From contig JAYQLI010000035.1 of NCBI GenBank assembly GCA_038143065.1, positions 1,984,894 through 2,048,893 on the forward strand: a stretch of DNA of 64,000 nt, given 5' to 3'. This stretch comes from Rhodospirillales bacterium. Lineage in GTDB: Bacteria; Pseudomonadota; Alphaproteobacteria; Bin95. The notes beneath the pieces were generated by a model that searched no databases, had not been told where the DNA came from, and saw only the letters and a program-made list of their open reading frames with translations. Below are positions 30,901 through 42,023 of the stretch, piece by piece (positions within the stretch are counted from its first letter, which is position 1; each line of letters starts with the position of its first letter). The translations under genes were made by a program, and so were the position numbers.

Positions 30901-30992
30901 GCCGTTCTCCCTTCGCTGGCATGACCCAGAGCAGGTTCGACGGGTCCTTCTCAGCCGCAAGAGTTAGGTCTCGCGGCGCCCCAGTCGGCTCT
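30901..30992 (-). ncRNA. TPP (THI-box) riboswitch
   Basis: Minus strand reads GCCGACU GGGGC GCCGCGAGA-CCUAAC-UCUUGCGGC UGAGA AGG ACCC GUCGAA CCU GCU CUGG-GUCAUG-CCAG CGA AGG GAGAACGGC. P2, P3, UGAGA J3/2, P4 and P5 all pair; P1 is imperfect. Confidence 0.9.
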
Positions 30993-31039
30993 CTTATAAA
31001 ATGTAGCGTAATTAATGATTGGTCAATGCCATTAAAATA

Positions 31040-31067
31040 CTTGAACGGCTCTAACCGATCACCATAT
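31040..31067 (+). promoter_or_regulatory. RpoH (sigma-32)-type promoter
   Basis: CTTGAA-N15-ACCATAT upstream of the small heat-shock gene. Confidence 0.7.
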
Positions 31068-31078
31068 CCCTACTGCTA

Positions 31079-31175
31079 GCAGGGTTTGCCCAAATGGGGA
31101 GCCTTTGCGGCATCAACTGGCCCAACTGGGCATTTGGCTAATTTTAAACATCGCTTTTAAGGAGGATGTGTTATG
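31079..31175 (+). ncRNA. ROSE-like RNA thermometer in the ibpA 5' UTR
   Basis: Hairpins at 31079-31108 and 31120-31131. ACAUC(G)CU at 31148-31155 pairs with SD-containing AGGAUGU at 31163-31169, leaving the bulged G of the U(U/C)GCU ROSE motif. Confidence 0.75.
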
Positions 31176-31631
31176 CGTTCTATTGATTTTGCCCCACTTT
31201 ATCGTAGTGCCGTTGGATTTGACCGGCTTTTCAACATGTTTGAAAGCATGGACCGAGCAGACGATAGTGGTTACCCACCTTACAATATTGAGAAAACTCG
31301 TGATGACGGCTACCAGATAACTCTGGCCGTAGCTGGATTTGCGGAATCTGATTTATCGATTGAAGTAAAAGAAGATCAGCTCACCATTTCTGGGGGCATT
31401 GGACAGAGCCAAGACGAAAAGCGGGTTTTTCTACACAGAGGTATTGCATCCCGAGCTTTCCGGCGCGCGTGGAGATTGGCCGATCATGTTGAAGTGATTG
31501 GTGCCCGGCTCGAAAGAGGTCTCCTACACGTTGACCTGGAGCGGCGTGTACCAGAGGCTAAGAAGGCCCGCCAGATTAATATTTCTACTTCAAGCCTTTC
31601 AAAAACGATTGAAGCGGAAACCGTTAATTAA
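31173..31631 (+). CDS. ibpA: Small heat shock protein (Hsp20 family)
   Basis: DFAPLYRSAVGFDRL, YPPYNIEK, LAVAGF, FLHRGIA, GLLHVDL. Confidence 0.93.
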   Translation: MRSIDFAPLYRSAVGFDRLFNMFESMDRADDSGYPPYNIEKTRDDGYQITLAVAGFAESDLSIEVKEDQLTISGGIGQSQDEKRVFLHRGIASRAFRRAWRLADHVEVIGARLERGLLHVDLERRVPEAKKARQINISTSSLSKTIEAETVN

Positions 31632-31699
31632 CCTTTGGAACAGAATGCCAGAGTGAATGTGGGACCGTGCCATATATGCGCGGTCCCTTTTTATATTGC

Positions 31700-32040
31700 T
31701 CAAAGCGCCTCCGTCAGGGTGACTATGCCGTCACGCACTTCAAAGGCGCATTTTTCCAGAGAATCACCCAAGCATGGTCCATCGATACACAGGCCGGTAT
31801 CTGGCTCGAAGCTAGCACCATGGCTTGTGCAAAAAGATTTTGTTTTCCGCGATCAAAAAAACGATCTGGAACCCAATCTAGTGGAGTGCCTGCATGGGGG
31901 CATCGATTACGGTATACAATTGTCTCGTTTTGCCAACGCAGGACGATAAATTTCCGTACCCTGGCACCAATTTTGATTGTCACACCTCTGGCATCGTTTT
32001 CAGGAACGTTGGCAAGTTCTATCAAGGCGGTTGTTGTCAT
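31700..32040 (-). CDS. Rieske (2Fe-2S) ferredoxin (frameshift at run 31831-31835)
   Basis: NRCPHAG in one frame; CTSHGASFEPDTGLCIDGPCLG in the next. ATGA overlap with the EVE gene. Confidence 0.85.
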
Positions 32041-32450
32041 GCTTCTATCCCAGCCATTTCGCAAAGCCAGGCCCAATGTTCAGGCGATACAGGCACCACA
32101 GACAGACGAGATTGTCGTATTAGAGCAAAATTCCCAAAACGTGCGTCTTGTTTGATCTGCTGCAAAGTCACTGGAACCTTTACAGGCTTCACTGCTTTGA
32201 CGCCCACCATTCCAAATTTACCGCTTTCATCTGTTGGGTCAGAATGAAATTCCTTAACAACCTCTACAATGCCTACAATTTGGCGTTCATTTACAGAATG
32301 ATAAAAGAAGCCAAGGTCCCCTTTTTTCATTGCCCGCATGTTGTTACAGGCTTGGTGGTTGCGCACGCCATCCCAGCCTTCGATTTCAGTTTTAACTTGG
32401 TCGTCCCAGGACCAAGTGCCAGGTTCACTCTTGAACAACCAGTAGGCCAT
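32037..32450 (-). CDS. EVE domain-containing protein
   Basis: YWLFKSEP, WDGVRNHQA, FFYHS, RLSVVPV. Confidence 0.93.
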   Translation of the reverse strand: MAYWLFKSEPGTWSWDDQVKTEIEGWDGVRNHQACNNMRAMKKGDLGFFYHSVNERQIVGIVEVVKEFHSDPTDESGKFGMVGVKAVKPVKVPVTLQQIKQDARFGNFALIRQSRLSVVPVSPEHWAWLCEMAGIEA

Positions 32451-32549
32451 GAGGTCACTCCTCTCTTTGGGGTTTCCGCAATCACACCAAGGGGGTAGAC
32501 AATGGTTAATGGAGCGATGGCGTCAACCGCGGTGGGAGCATTATAGTCT

Positions 32550-33875
32550 ATGCAATCTGTAAAGCGTATCGTTCAAAAGGCTGAAAACGGCTCTCTAACC
32601 GCAGCGGTTATTGGGCTGGGTTATGTTGGGCTTCCTCTTGCGTTGGCACTAGCTGATGCAGGGGTAAAAGTTATTGGTGTTGATATTGATCCATCAAAAA
32701 TAAGAATTCTAAACCAGGGAGAAAGTTATCTTACCACCGCTCCCTCCAAGCAGGTTGCGGCAGCTATTGCTTCTAATCGATTAATGGCAACAACTGATCA
32801 CACTGCTGTAGCATCTGCAGACGCTACATTAATTGCAGTTCCAACTCCCCTTGGGGCAGGGCGAAACCCTGACATGCAGTTTGTAGAGACCACTATAAGA
32901 GAAATCGCCCCACATCTGAAAAAGGGGTCCTTGTTGAGTCTTGAATCAACGGTCTATCCAGGCGCAACGCGCGATACGGTGTTACCTATTTTAGAAGCGG
33001 CTGGCTATGAGCCTGGCAAAGATATTTTAGTTTCTTATGCGCCAGAGCGAGAGGACCCCGGCAACAATAATTTTGCACTTGCTGATATACCTAAAGTCCT
33101 GGCCGGATTTGATGCTGCATCCCAAGAGGCAGCAAGTGCAGTTTACCGACTTATTTCCCCAAGCATTAGAGAAGTTTCTAGTCTAGAAACCGCTGAAGCA
33201 GTCAAAATTACAGAAAACGTATTTCGCGCCGTGAATATCGCGTTGGTGAACGAGTTGAAGCATATCTATGGTAAGATGGGAGTGGATATATTTGAGGTCG
33301 TAGACGCTGCAGCAACCAAACCTTTTGGTTATATGCCATTCTATCCTGGGCCTGGATTAGGCGGCCACTGCATACCCATAGACCCGTTTTATCTAGCCTG
33401 GCGTGCTCGTCAGCTTGATACCAAAGCCCACTTTGTAGAATTAGCTGGCGAAATCAATTCAAGACAACCAGAGATTGTGGTTGAGACTCTTGAGCGTGCC
33501 CTAAAACTCCATGCAGGAATAGAACTAGAAGGCGCATCAGTTCTTATGATTGGGATCGCCTATAAGAAAAACGTTAATGATCTTCGAGAGAGCCCAGGGC
33601 TGGAAGTAATGTCGCTTCTGCGGCGAGCTGGTGCGAAAGCTGAATATCATGATCCATGGACACCTTCAGTTGGCCTAACCCGCCAGTACCCTGAGTTATC
33701 TGGAATGGCCTCTGTTCCAATGGAGGGCCTGGGGAAATTTCAAGCCGCTGTCATCATTACGGATCATGACGATATAGATTATGAGCTCTTAGCGGCTGAA
33801 ATTCCGCTTATAGTTGATTCACGAGGGGTTTATCGAAACTTGGATGGTCGTGCTGCGAAAATTATCCGAGCATAA
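32550..33875 (+). CDS. Nucleotide-sugar dehydrogenase (WecC/WbpA, UDP-GlcNAc/ManNAc 6-dehydrogenase family)
   Basis: GLGYVGLPLA, ESTVYPG, PEREDPGN, GPGLGGHCIPIDP, AYKKNVNDLRESP. Confidence 0.9.
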   Translation: MQSVKRIVQKAENGSLTAAVIGLGYVGLPLALALADAGVKVIGVDIDPSKIRILNQGESYLTTAPSKQVAAAIASNRLMATTDHTAVASADATLIAVPTPLGAGRNPDMQFVETTIREIAPHLKKGSLLSLESTVYPGATRDTVLPILEAAGYEPGKDILVSYAPEREDPGNNNFALADIPKVLAGFDAASQEAASAVYRLISPSIREVSSLETAEAVKITENVFRAVNIALVNELKHIYGKMGVDIFEVVDAAATKPFGYMPFYPGPGLGGHCIPIDPFYLAWRARQLDTKAHFVELAGEINSRQPEIVVETLERALKLHAGIELEGASVLMIGIAYKKNVNDLRESPGLEVMSLLRRAGAKAEYHDPWTPSVGLTRQYPELSGMASVPMEGLGKFQAAVIITDHDDIDYELLAAEIPLIVDSRGVYRNLDGRAAKIIRA

Positions 33876-33902
33876 TATTCTACTGAGAAGATCTGGGGAT
33901 TA

Positions 33903-35168
33903 CTACTTTAGAGCTCGGTGTCCTATGTCTTTGCGCCAAAAGCCCTCTGGCCAATCAATGGATTCAATCCCCGAATAAGCTAGGTCCCTAGCATCTTTCA
34001 GTTCTTGCCCCTCTCCAGTAACCGCCAGCACTCGGCCGCCCGCGCTCAGAATATCATCGTCTGCCTGGACTGTTCCAGCATGGAAGACTGTCACGCCTTT
34101 AATGGCGTTTGCTGCCTCAATATTACGAATAACAGATCCTTTTTCGTAGCTGCCAGGGTATCCTTGGCAGCCATGACAACAGTTAAACAACTCTCTGTTT
34201 TCCAGCGTAAATCAAAGTGCTTTAGACCACCTTCAGCAGCGACAACTAGAGCGGGTAAGAAATCTGAGCGCAGGCGAGGCAGTATTGCCTGAGTTTCCGG
34301 GTCTCCAAAGCGAGCGTTAAATTCTATGACCTTTGGTCCACTGTCAGTCATCATAAGGCCCGCAAAGAGAATTCCCTTGAAAGGCCGGCCGTCATCTTTC
34401 ATAGCTTCCACTACAGGACGGATAATTTCTGACATGACGGTCTCGGTCATCTCCTCAGTCATCATCGGGGCAGGAGAATAAGCTCCCATCCCACCTGTGT
34501 TTGGTCCAATATCGCCATCAAAGGCGCGCTTATGATCCTGAGCAGAGGAGAAAGGAAGTGCGTCTTGTCCATCTACCAGAGCGAAAAAGCTAACCTCATC
34601 GCCTACTAAGCATTCTTCAATTACGACTTCAGCCCCCGCATCGCCGAAAGAACCATCAAAGCAGGCATCTATTGCTTTCAGAGCCTTCTTCGACTGTTTG
34701 AGCGACGACAACGCCCTTTCCAGCCGCAAGGCCATCAGCTTTTACTACTATAGGGGCACCCTCGTCGCGTACATAAGCGGCAGCCTTTTCGCGGTCATCA
34801 AACCGCTTGTATGCAGCCGTGGGAACGCCGATTCGAGCGCAAAGATCTTTCATGAACCCCTTGGAGCTCTCGATTTCTGTTGCTTTAGCGGATGGGCCAA
34901 AAGCCAATAGCCCTTCAGCTTCCAGTGCGTCAGCAAGCCCTGCTGCAAGCGCCGCCTCTGGCCCAATTACTACAAGATCTATTCTTTCTTTTTGGGCAAA
35001 GCTTACTAGCCCATCAACATCTGTTGCTTGTATAGGTACGCATATAGCGTCTTCGGCAATGCCGGCATTACCTGGTGCACAATAAATTTCTGTGGCAAGG
35101 GGTGACGCAGCTATGGACCAAACCAATGCATGTTCACGACCTCCGGATCCTACGACAAGTACGCGCAA
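33903..35168 (-). CDS. purD: Phosphoribosylamine-glycine ligase (2 probable frameshifts near 34685 and 34160)
   Basis: [55 protein letters not shown] across three frames. Confidence 0.95.
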
Positions 35169-35215
35169 GCTTCTGCTCCTTGGACTTATGACAATCTCTT
35201 CATATCATTGGCTGC

Positions 35216-36730
35216 ATGGAAACGAAACGCGACCCTCTGGATGACTTGATGGAACCCACTCCGGTTACTAGCAACAATCCTACTATTTCCGTTAGCGACC
35301 TTTCCCGTTCGATCAAGCGTACGCTGGAAGGCGACTTTGCGCATGTTCGGGTGCGTGGAGAGATTTCCGGTGCTAAGCGAGCTACCTCTGGCCACTGGTA
35401 TTTTCGGCTCAAGGATGAAAAGGCGGTAATTGATGCCGTCATGTGGCGGGGTCAAGCTGGCAAATCTCCAACCCAGCCAGAGGATGGCCTTGAAGTTATA
35501 GCTACAGGACGGATCACTACTTATGAAGGGCGTTCAGTCTATCAGATAGTGGTAGAGGCATTGGAGCCTGCTGGCGTGGGCGCTCTTTTGAAGATTTTAG
35601 AAGACCGACGCAAAAAATTGGCCGACGAAGGACTTTTTAGTCCTGATCGAAAGAAGGTTTTACCGTTTCTTCCAGATGTGATTGGGATTGTTACTTCACC
35701 AACTGGAGCTGTAATACGTGATATTTTACATCGGGCACGCGATCGCTTCCCAAGACGTATCATTGTGTGGCCCGTGCGTGTGCAAGGAGAGGGAGCAGCT
35801 GAGGAGATAGTTACTGCTATTCAAGGGTTTAATTCGATCACGCATGGTCAATCAGTGCCAAGGCCAGATGTATTAATTGTGGCTCGGGGTGGCGGGAGCC
35901 TGGAAGATCTATGGGCTTTTAATGAGGAGGCCGTTGTGCGCGCGGCTGCGAGCTCTTCTATCCCATTAATCTCCGCTATTGGACACGAAACAGATACCAC
36001 TTTGATTGATTATGCTGCCGATAAAAGAGCGCCAACACCAACTGCAGCAGCAGAATTAGCTGTACCAGTTCGAACGGATTTAATGGCAAATTCTGGCCGG
36101 CTCTCTATTCGTCTCGATGATGGTGTCGCTCGAGGTTTAAGCCATCGGTCAGAAAAAATTTTGGGGCTTGCGCGGGGACTTTCGGATCCAGCAAGATTAT
36201 TGGATACAGCTTTTCAGCGGTTAGATGTTTGGACAGAGCGACTTAAATTTACATTGCTATCAGGGCTAAATAGACGACAGGATCACATCACTGCTCTGGC
36301 TGCTGGCCTACCTAAGCCACAAAGACAGCTGGATGCCAAACAAGAATTGCTGGAAGCAAGGTCTCAGGCGCTGCAGCAAGCACTGGCTTCAGCGATTAAA
36401 ACAAAGGTCCATAATTTTGATCGCCTAGACCCAGTAAGACGGTTGGTAGGCGCGATAACCCGGAAACTAGATGATAGGCAGGTTCAATCAGATAAATTGG
36501 CTGGGCTGCTCGAAAGCTACTCACCTGAAAATACCCTTGCACGAGGATTTGTTTTAGTTCGTGATGGAAGTGAAGTTATAACGTTACCTTCTGCTGCTAC
36601 GCCTGGCAGAAAAGTAGAACTGCAGTTTGCTGGAGGTCAGCGTCGCCGAGCTACTATTGATGGCCAGGTTAAGAGCAAGCAAATAACAGAAAGCTCGCCA
36701 CAACGAGAAACTCAAGGGAAACTATTGTAG
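35216..36730 (+). CDS. xseA: Exodeoxyribonuclease VII large subunit
   Basis: [44 protein letters not shown]. Confidence 0.96.
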   Translation: METKRDPLDDLMEPTPVTSNNPTISVSDLSRSIKRTLEGDFAHVRVRGEISGAKRATSGHWYFRLKDEKAVIDAVMWRGQAGKSPTQPEDGLEVIATGRITTYEGRSVYQIVVEALEPAGVGALLKILEDRRKKLADEGLFSPDRKKVLPFLPDVIGIVTSPTGAVIRDILHRARDRFPRRIIVWPVRVQGEGAAEEIVTAIQGFNSITHGQSVPRPDVLIVARGGGSLEDLWAFNEEAVVRAAASSSIPLISAIGHETDTTLIDYAADKRAPTPTAAAELAVPVRTDLMANSGRLSIRLDDGVARGLSHRSEKILGLARGLSDPARLLDTAFQRLDVWTERLKFTLLSGLNRRQDHITALAAGLPKPQRQLDAKQELLEARSQALQQALASAIKTKVHNFDRLDPVRRLVGAITRKLDDRQVQSDKLAGLLESYSPENTLARGFVLVRDGSEVITLPSAATPGRKVELQFAGGQRRRATIDGQVKSKQITESSPQRETQGKLL

Positions 36731-39153
36731 CCTGATTTTACGAAGCCTAAGGGCATTTGTAATAACACAAATCGAAGATAGGCTCATGGCTGCAGCTGCC
36801 AACATCGGTGAAAGCATAATCCCAAAAAATGGGTATAGAATTCCGGCTGCAATCGGCACTCCAGCAGCATTGTAAACAATCGCAAAGAAAAGGTTTTGGC
36901 GTATATTTGCCATTGTTGCGATAGCTAGGTTTCGCGCCCGCACTACTCCCATTAAGTCACCTTCGGCAAGCGTAATACTTGCAGACTGAATCGCTACATC
37001 TACCCCTGTTCCCATAGCGATACCGACATCGGCAGAAGCTAACGCTGGTGCATCATTAATTCCATCGCCTGCCATTGCCACTCTTCGCCCTTGGGTTTTC
37101 AGCTTATTTACTAGTTGGATTTTTCCTTCTGGAAGAAGTTCAGCGTGGACCTCATCAATACCAAGACGGCGCGCGATAGATGTTGCAGCGGTGATATTGT
37201 CCCCTGTTGCCATGACCACCCTTACGCCGAGGTTTTGTAGTTCTTTAATTGCCTTTGGTGTGGACGCTTTCATCGGGTCAGAGATGGTAATGATTCCTGC
37301 CAACTTTCCATCTACAGCCACCATCACCTCGCTTTGCACCCTATTATGATCATTGTTAGCGAGGCTTTCTGAGAATGAGACGCCTTCGGCATCCAAGAAT
37401 GATTTCGTACCAAGGACGACACGGCTACCTTCAACCCGTCCTATAACCCCCCTTCCAGGCAGAGCCATAAAATCTTGGGAGTCGGAGAGTTGGAGGTTTT
37501 GTTCTTTTGCACGAGCTGTGATTGCGGCTGCCAAAGGGTGTTCTGACTTGTTCTCGAGACTTGCGGCAAAGAAAAGAATGTCATTCAGATTAAAGCCCTT
37601 TGCTGGATAAATGTTTGTAACAACGGGCTTGCCTTCAGTCAGAGTGCCAGTTTTATCTACAACTAAGGTATCAATATTGGAGAACTGCTCCAAAGCTTCT
37701 GCATCCTTTACAAGGACTCCACTCTGTGCCCCCCGTCCTGTAGCTGTCACGATTGACATGGGTGTAGCCAATCCGATTGCACATGGACATGCGATTATCA
37801 AAACAGCTAACGCAGATACAAGAGCATATGAAAGACGTGGTTCTGGTCCCCAATTAGCCCAAGCTAAAAATGAAATAATGGACACAAGAATCACAATTGG
37901 CACGAATATCCCAGCCACTGCATCTGCTACTTTTTGAATTGGGGCACGTGACCTTTGGGCAGCCACGGTTAAAGTAATAATTTGAGAGAGAACTGTTTCT
38001 AAGCCGATCCGTTGAGCGGTTATAAGGAACGTTCCATAACCGTTAATTGTTCCTGCCCTGACTATATCACCAGGTGTTCTTTCAACAGGGATTGGCTCGC
38101 CTGTTAACATGCTCTCATTAACGCTTGACCAACCATCAATCACGATACCATCTACTGGAATCTTTCCGCCTGGCTTTACACGCAGTTGGTCACCTACCTT
38201 GACCTTATCAAGTGGAATTTCTTTTTCGCCCCCGTCGGTACTAATCAAATGGGCTGTTTGGGGCGCCAGGTCCATTAGAGCTCTAATGGCGGCTCCAGTG
38301 CGATCGCGAGCACCCAGCTCAAGTAATTGGCCCAATAATACTAGCTCAACAATTACTGCCGCTGACTCGAAATAAACCCCAACGTCACCCCTTGGGCCTT
38401 TAAACCCTGTTGGAAAGAGACCCGGTGCGATTACTGCAAATACGCTAAAGGCATAGGCAGAAGCCACACCGATGCCAATTAAACTGAACATGTTGAGGTT
38501 CATAGATAAGAATGACCGTCCCCCCGAAGAAGGAAGGGCCACCCGCACCATAGGATTACTGGAGTTGCTAGAGTAAGCTCGACCCATGGAATAATGTCTG
38601 CGTTAAGCCAGCTGTTTAATGGTAGACCAATCATAGACCCCATGGACATCATAAAAAGAGGAATGGTCAGCACGGCACCTAAAATGAAGCGCCGACGGAA
38701 ATCGATGAATTCTGGATTGGGGCCCGCATTTGGGTCGGGCAAACCCATTGGCTCTAAAGCCATCCCGCAGAGAGGGCAGTCACTTGGACCTATGGTCTCA
38801 ACCTCTGGGTGCATTGGGCAGGTGTAGACAGTACCAGGTGGTGTCGTGACCGTGGTCTGGCGGCCATCTAGATAGTTGTCTGGATTGGTTTCAAATTTAT
38901 GAAGGCAGTTTGAGGAACAGAAATAGAAACGCGCTCCTTCATGCTTTGTCATATGTTCTGAGGTTTTTCGAGATACCGTCATACCACAGACTAAATCTTG
39001 CGCTTCAATGAAGTCTTCAGGAGCCTCCACGAACCTTTCGCGGCAACGACTTGCGCAGAAATTATACTCTTCACCAGAATGATTATGGGTATGCTTAGCC
39101 GTTTTTGCGTCAACGGTCATTCCACAGACTGGATCACGTTCTATTGGAGTCAT
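36722..39153 (-). CDS. copA: Cu(+)-translocating P1B ATPase with two N-terminal YHS domains (frameshift at run near 38520)
   Basis: DPVCGM and [43 protein letters not shown]. Confidence 0.9.
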
Positions 39154-39202
39154 TTAGTCTAGCCAGTCTGTTTTAGTGTTTCTCCACCTTTAGGATTGCC
39201 GT

Positions 39203-40828
39203 CTACTGCACAAAGGAAGCCGTTTTCGCGTCTTCCAGCATCATCGAAGCTGCTTTCTCTGCAATCATAATAATGGGGGCATTTGTGTTCCCAGATACGA
39301 GTTGGGGCATAACTGAACCATCTGCCACACGAAGGCCAGAAATTCCTTTAACCTTAAGTCGGGGGTCAACCACTGACATTGGGTCGCCTTCTGGCCCCAT
39401 TTTGCAGGCACCAACAGGGTGGTAGACTGTTGCACCTGTGCGAAGCGCAAAGTCTAGGAGCTCATCATCTGTTTGGCAGTCTTTCCCAGGTGTAATTTCA
39501 AATTTCACGTAGGGCCTTAGAGCAGGCTGCTCCACTAACTGTCTTGCAATCTTTAGCCCGCCAATCATCGCCTGCTGATCTTCATATTCCTTTAAGAAAT
39601 TACAAACGATCCTGGGTTGAGTGAACGGGTCAGCAGATTTTATGTGCACGAAACCTCGAGATTGTGGTCTCAATTGGCATGGAGCGCAGGTCATTCCCGG
39701 CTCCTTTTCTAATGCTCTGGTCTTAATGTCCGTTATGCTGGCATGGGCGATGTGGTATTGGACATCTGGGGTCTCTAATTCCGGACGTGTTTTTACAAAA
39801 CCGTGCACGATGCCAGCGGGATACGTGAGTAAACCTTTCCGTCCAAACACATATTTTAATACTTCATTTACCAGCCGAACCCCTCTGGCATCGTTATTAA
39901 TTGAAACGTTTTTTGTCAGACGCCACATTGGGCGAGACAAGTAGTGGTCGTGATGATTTTCTCCAACGCCTTGGAGTTCATGCACCACATCGATACCAAG
40001 GTCTTTCAGAAGACTAGCTTGTCCCACACCAGATAGTTCTAAGATTTGTGGCGACTGAATTGCACCCGCTGCTAACACTACCTCTCGGCCGGCTTGGAAT
40101 TGATGGGTTTTCCCTTGTTGTATTACTTCTACGCCAACGCAGCGCTTTCCCTCAAAGATTAGGCGTGTCGTGTGCGCTTGTGTTTCTAAACGAAGATTGG
40201 AGCGTTTTAAGGCTGGCTCAAGGTAAGCCTTTGCGGTGGACCATCTTCTGCCAGCTTTTTGGGTTACTTGGTAATAACCGAAACCTTCTTGATCCCTCCC
40301 ATTGTAATCAGGATTACGCGGATAACCTGCCTGTTCACCAGCATCAATGAAGGCATCCAGCAACTCATGAGTGCTTGGCATGTCCATTACATTTAAGGGC
40401 CCTCCCGACCCCCGCATTTCGTCCCCACCGCGCTCAAAATTTTCTGACTTCTTAAAAAAGGGCAGGCATTGCTCAAAAGACCAGCCAGTGCAGCCCATCT
40501 GAGCCCAATGATCATAGTCTTGATGCTGACCTCGAACGTAAAGAAGTCCATTTATTGACGAAGAGCCCCCCAACACCTTTCCACGCGGTATAGGTATATG
40601 TCGATTATATGTACGTTCCTGGGGCTCAGAGTCGAAGCGCCAATTCAAGCCGGGCTTATCTAATGTTTTGGCGTATCCAACGGGCACGTGAATCCAAATG
40701 TTATTATCTTTTCCACCTGCTTCAAGCAGCAGCACTTGATTGGCGGGGTTTTCAGAAAGTCGATTTGCGAGGGTACAGCCTGCAGAACCTGCGCCAACAA
40801 CAATATAGTCGAAAATCTCAGCAGTCAT
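39203..40828 (-). CDS. GMC family oxidoreductase (choline dehydrogenase-like)
   Basis: [30 protein letters not shown]. Confidence 0.92.
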   Translation of the reverse strand: MTAEIFDYIVVGAGSAGCTLANRLSENPANQVLLLEAGGKDNNIWIHVPVGYAKTLDKPGLNWRFDSEPQERTYNRHIPIPRGKVLGGSSSINGLLYVRGQHQDYDHWAQMGCTGWSFEQCLPFFKKSENFERGGDEMRGSGGPLNVMDMPSTHELLDAFIDAGEQAGYPRNPDYNGRDQEGFGYYQVTQKAGRRWSTAKAYLEPALKRSNLRLETQAHTTRLIFEGKRCVGVEVIQQGKTHQFQAGREVVLAAGAIQSPQILELSGVGQASLLKDLGIDVVHELQGVGENHHDHYLSRPMWRLTKNVSINNDARGVRLVNEVLKYVFGRKGLLTYPAGIVHGFVKTRPELETPDVQYHIAHASITDIKTRALEKEPGMTCAPCQLRPQSRGFVHIKSADPFTQPRIVCNFLKEYEDQQAMIGGLKIARQLVEQPALRPYVKFEITPGKDCQTDDELLDFALRTGATVYHPVGACKMGPEGDPMSVVDPRLKVKGISGLRVADGSVMPQLVSGNTNAPIIMIAEKAASMMLEDAKTASFVQ

Positions 40829-40877
40829 TTTATTCCCTCTCCCAGTCCTTGCCCTTAAAAATTATTACTCCACTGTT

Positions 40878-42011
40878 TCAACGCATCCGAAACATTGGAT
40901 CTTTTAAGTCAACAGCTACGGCCAAAGCTGCTCCAAGTCCTATCTGTAAAGTTAACATGGCTGTCCCACCAAATGAGATGAATGGAAGTGGCACTCCAAC
41001 CACAGGCATAAGTCCCATTACCATAGCCACGTTTATAAAGACGTATAAAAAAAGTGTAGTTGCCATGCCAATTGCTAATAATCGGCCATATTTGGCTTCC
41101 GCCAAAAGGCCAATTCGATAAAGCCTAAAAATTATTATTGAGAACAATATTAAGACAAATATGCACCCAGCCATGCCAAGCTCTTCACCTAACATTGTAA
41201 AAACAAAATCTGTGTGCTTCTCGGGCAAAAAAGACAACTGCGCTTGACTTCCTTTGAGCCAACCCTTGCCGAAGACTCCCCCAGACCCCATCGCAATAAA
41301 TGACTGTAGAATGTGATAGCCAGACCCCAAAGGGTCTCTGTCAGGTTGAAGAAATGTTAGAATACGGCTCCGTTGGTAATCATGGAGCATGAACCATGCG
41401 ATTGGCGCAGCTATACAGGCAATGGTTGCAGCTATTCCAAAATTCCGAAGAGCTACACCCCCTATAAAAAGCAGCACAACGCCACCAACGACAATTAACA
41501 TTGCTGTTCCAAGGTCAGGTTGTTTTAGTATTAGGACAGTGGGCGCCAATATCATCAAAAGAGCGGGCCCTAGAATATGAAAACGGTTTGTGGATTCCAC
41601 CCCAGCGTTATGCAGTAGGCGAGCTAGAGCTAAAACAAGGGCTACTTTCATAAGTTCCGATGGTTGAAGGCGCATAAACCCAACATCCAGCCAGCGAGTA
41701 GCTCCAGACCCTGACCCGACAAACTCGACAACAATTAATAACAAAAAACAAAACCCATAGGCAAAGTAACTGACCTTAAAGAAAGGCTTCATGCCGACGA
41801 GGGCGATTATCAACATAAGCCCCATTCCAACGGCAAACCGAATGGCATGGCGCCCTGCCCATGGTGTCGTGCTTCCTCCGCTGGCGGAATAGAGCATTGC
41901 AGTTCCAATTAACGCAATTCCAGTAACAGCAAATACTATTAACCAGTCAATTCGGCTTAAACGCTGCAGCGTACTATTAGATTCTCGAGTCTGATGAAGG
42001 TAAGGTCCCAT
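40878..42011 (-). CDS. rodA: Rod shape-determining protein RodA
   Basis: LQPSELMK, QPDLGT, LPEKHTDF, GVPLPFISFGG. Confidence 0.95.
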   Translation of the reverse strand: MGPYLHQTRESNSTLQRLSRIDWLIVFAVTGIALIGTAMLYSASGGSTTPWAGRHAIRFAVGMGLMLIIALVGMKPFFKVSYFAYGFCFLLLIVVEFVGSGSGATRWLDVGFMRLQPSELMKVALVLALARLLHNAGVESTNRFHILGPALLMILAPTVLILKQPDLGTAMLIVVGGVVLLFIGGVALRNFGIAATIACIAAPIAWFMLHDYQRSRILTFLQPDRDPLGSGYHILQSFIAMGSGGVFGKGWLKGSQAQLSFLPEKHTDFVFTMLGEELGMAGCIFVLILFSIIIFRLYRIGLLAEAKYGRLLAIGMATTLFLYVFINVAMVMGLMPVVGVPLPFISFGGTAMLTLQIGLGAALAVAVDLKDPMFRMR

Positions 42012-42023
42012 AGCAGCTAACCT

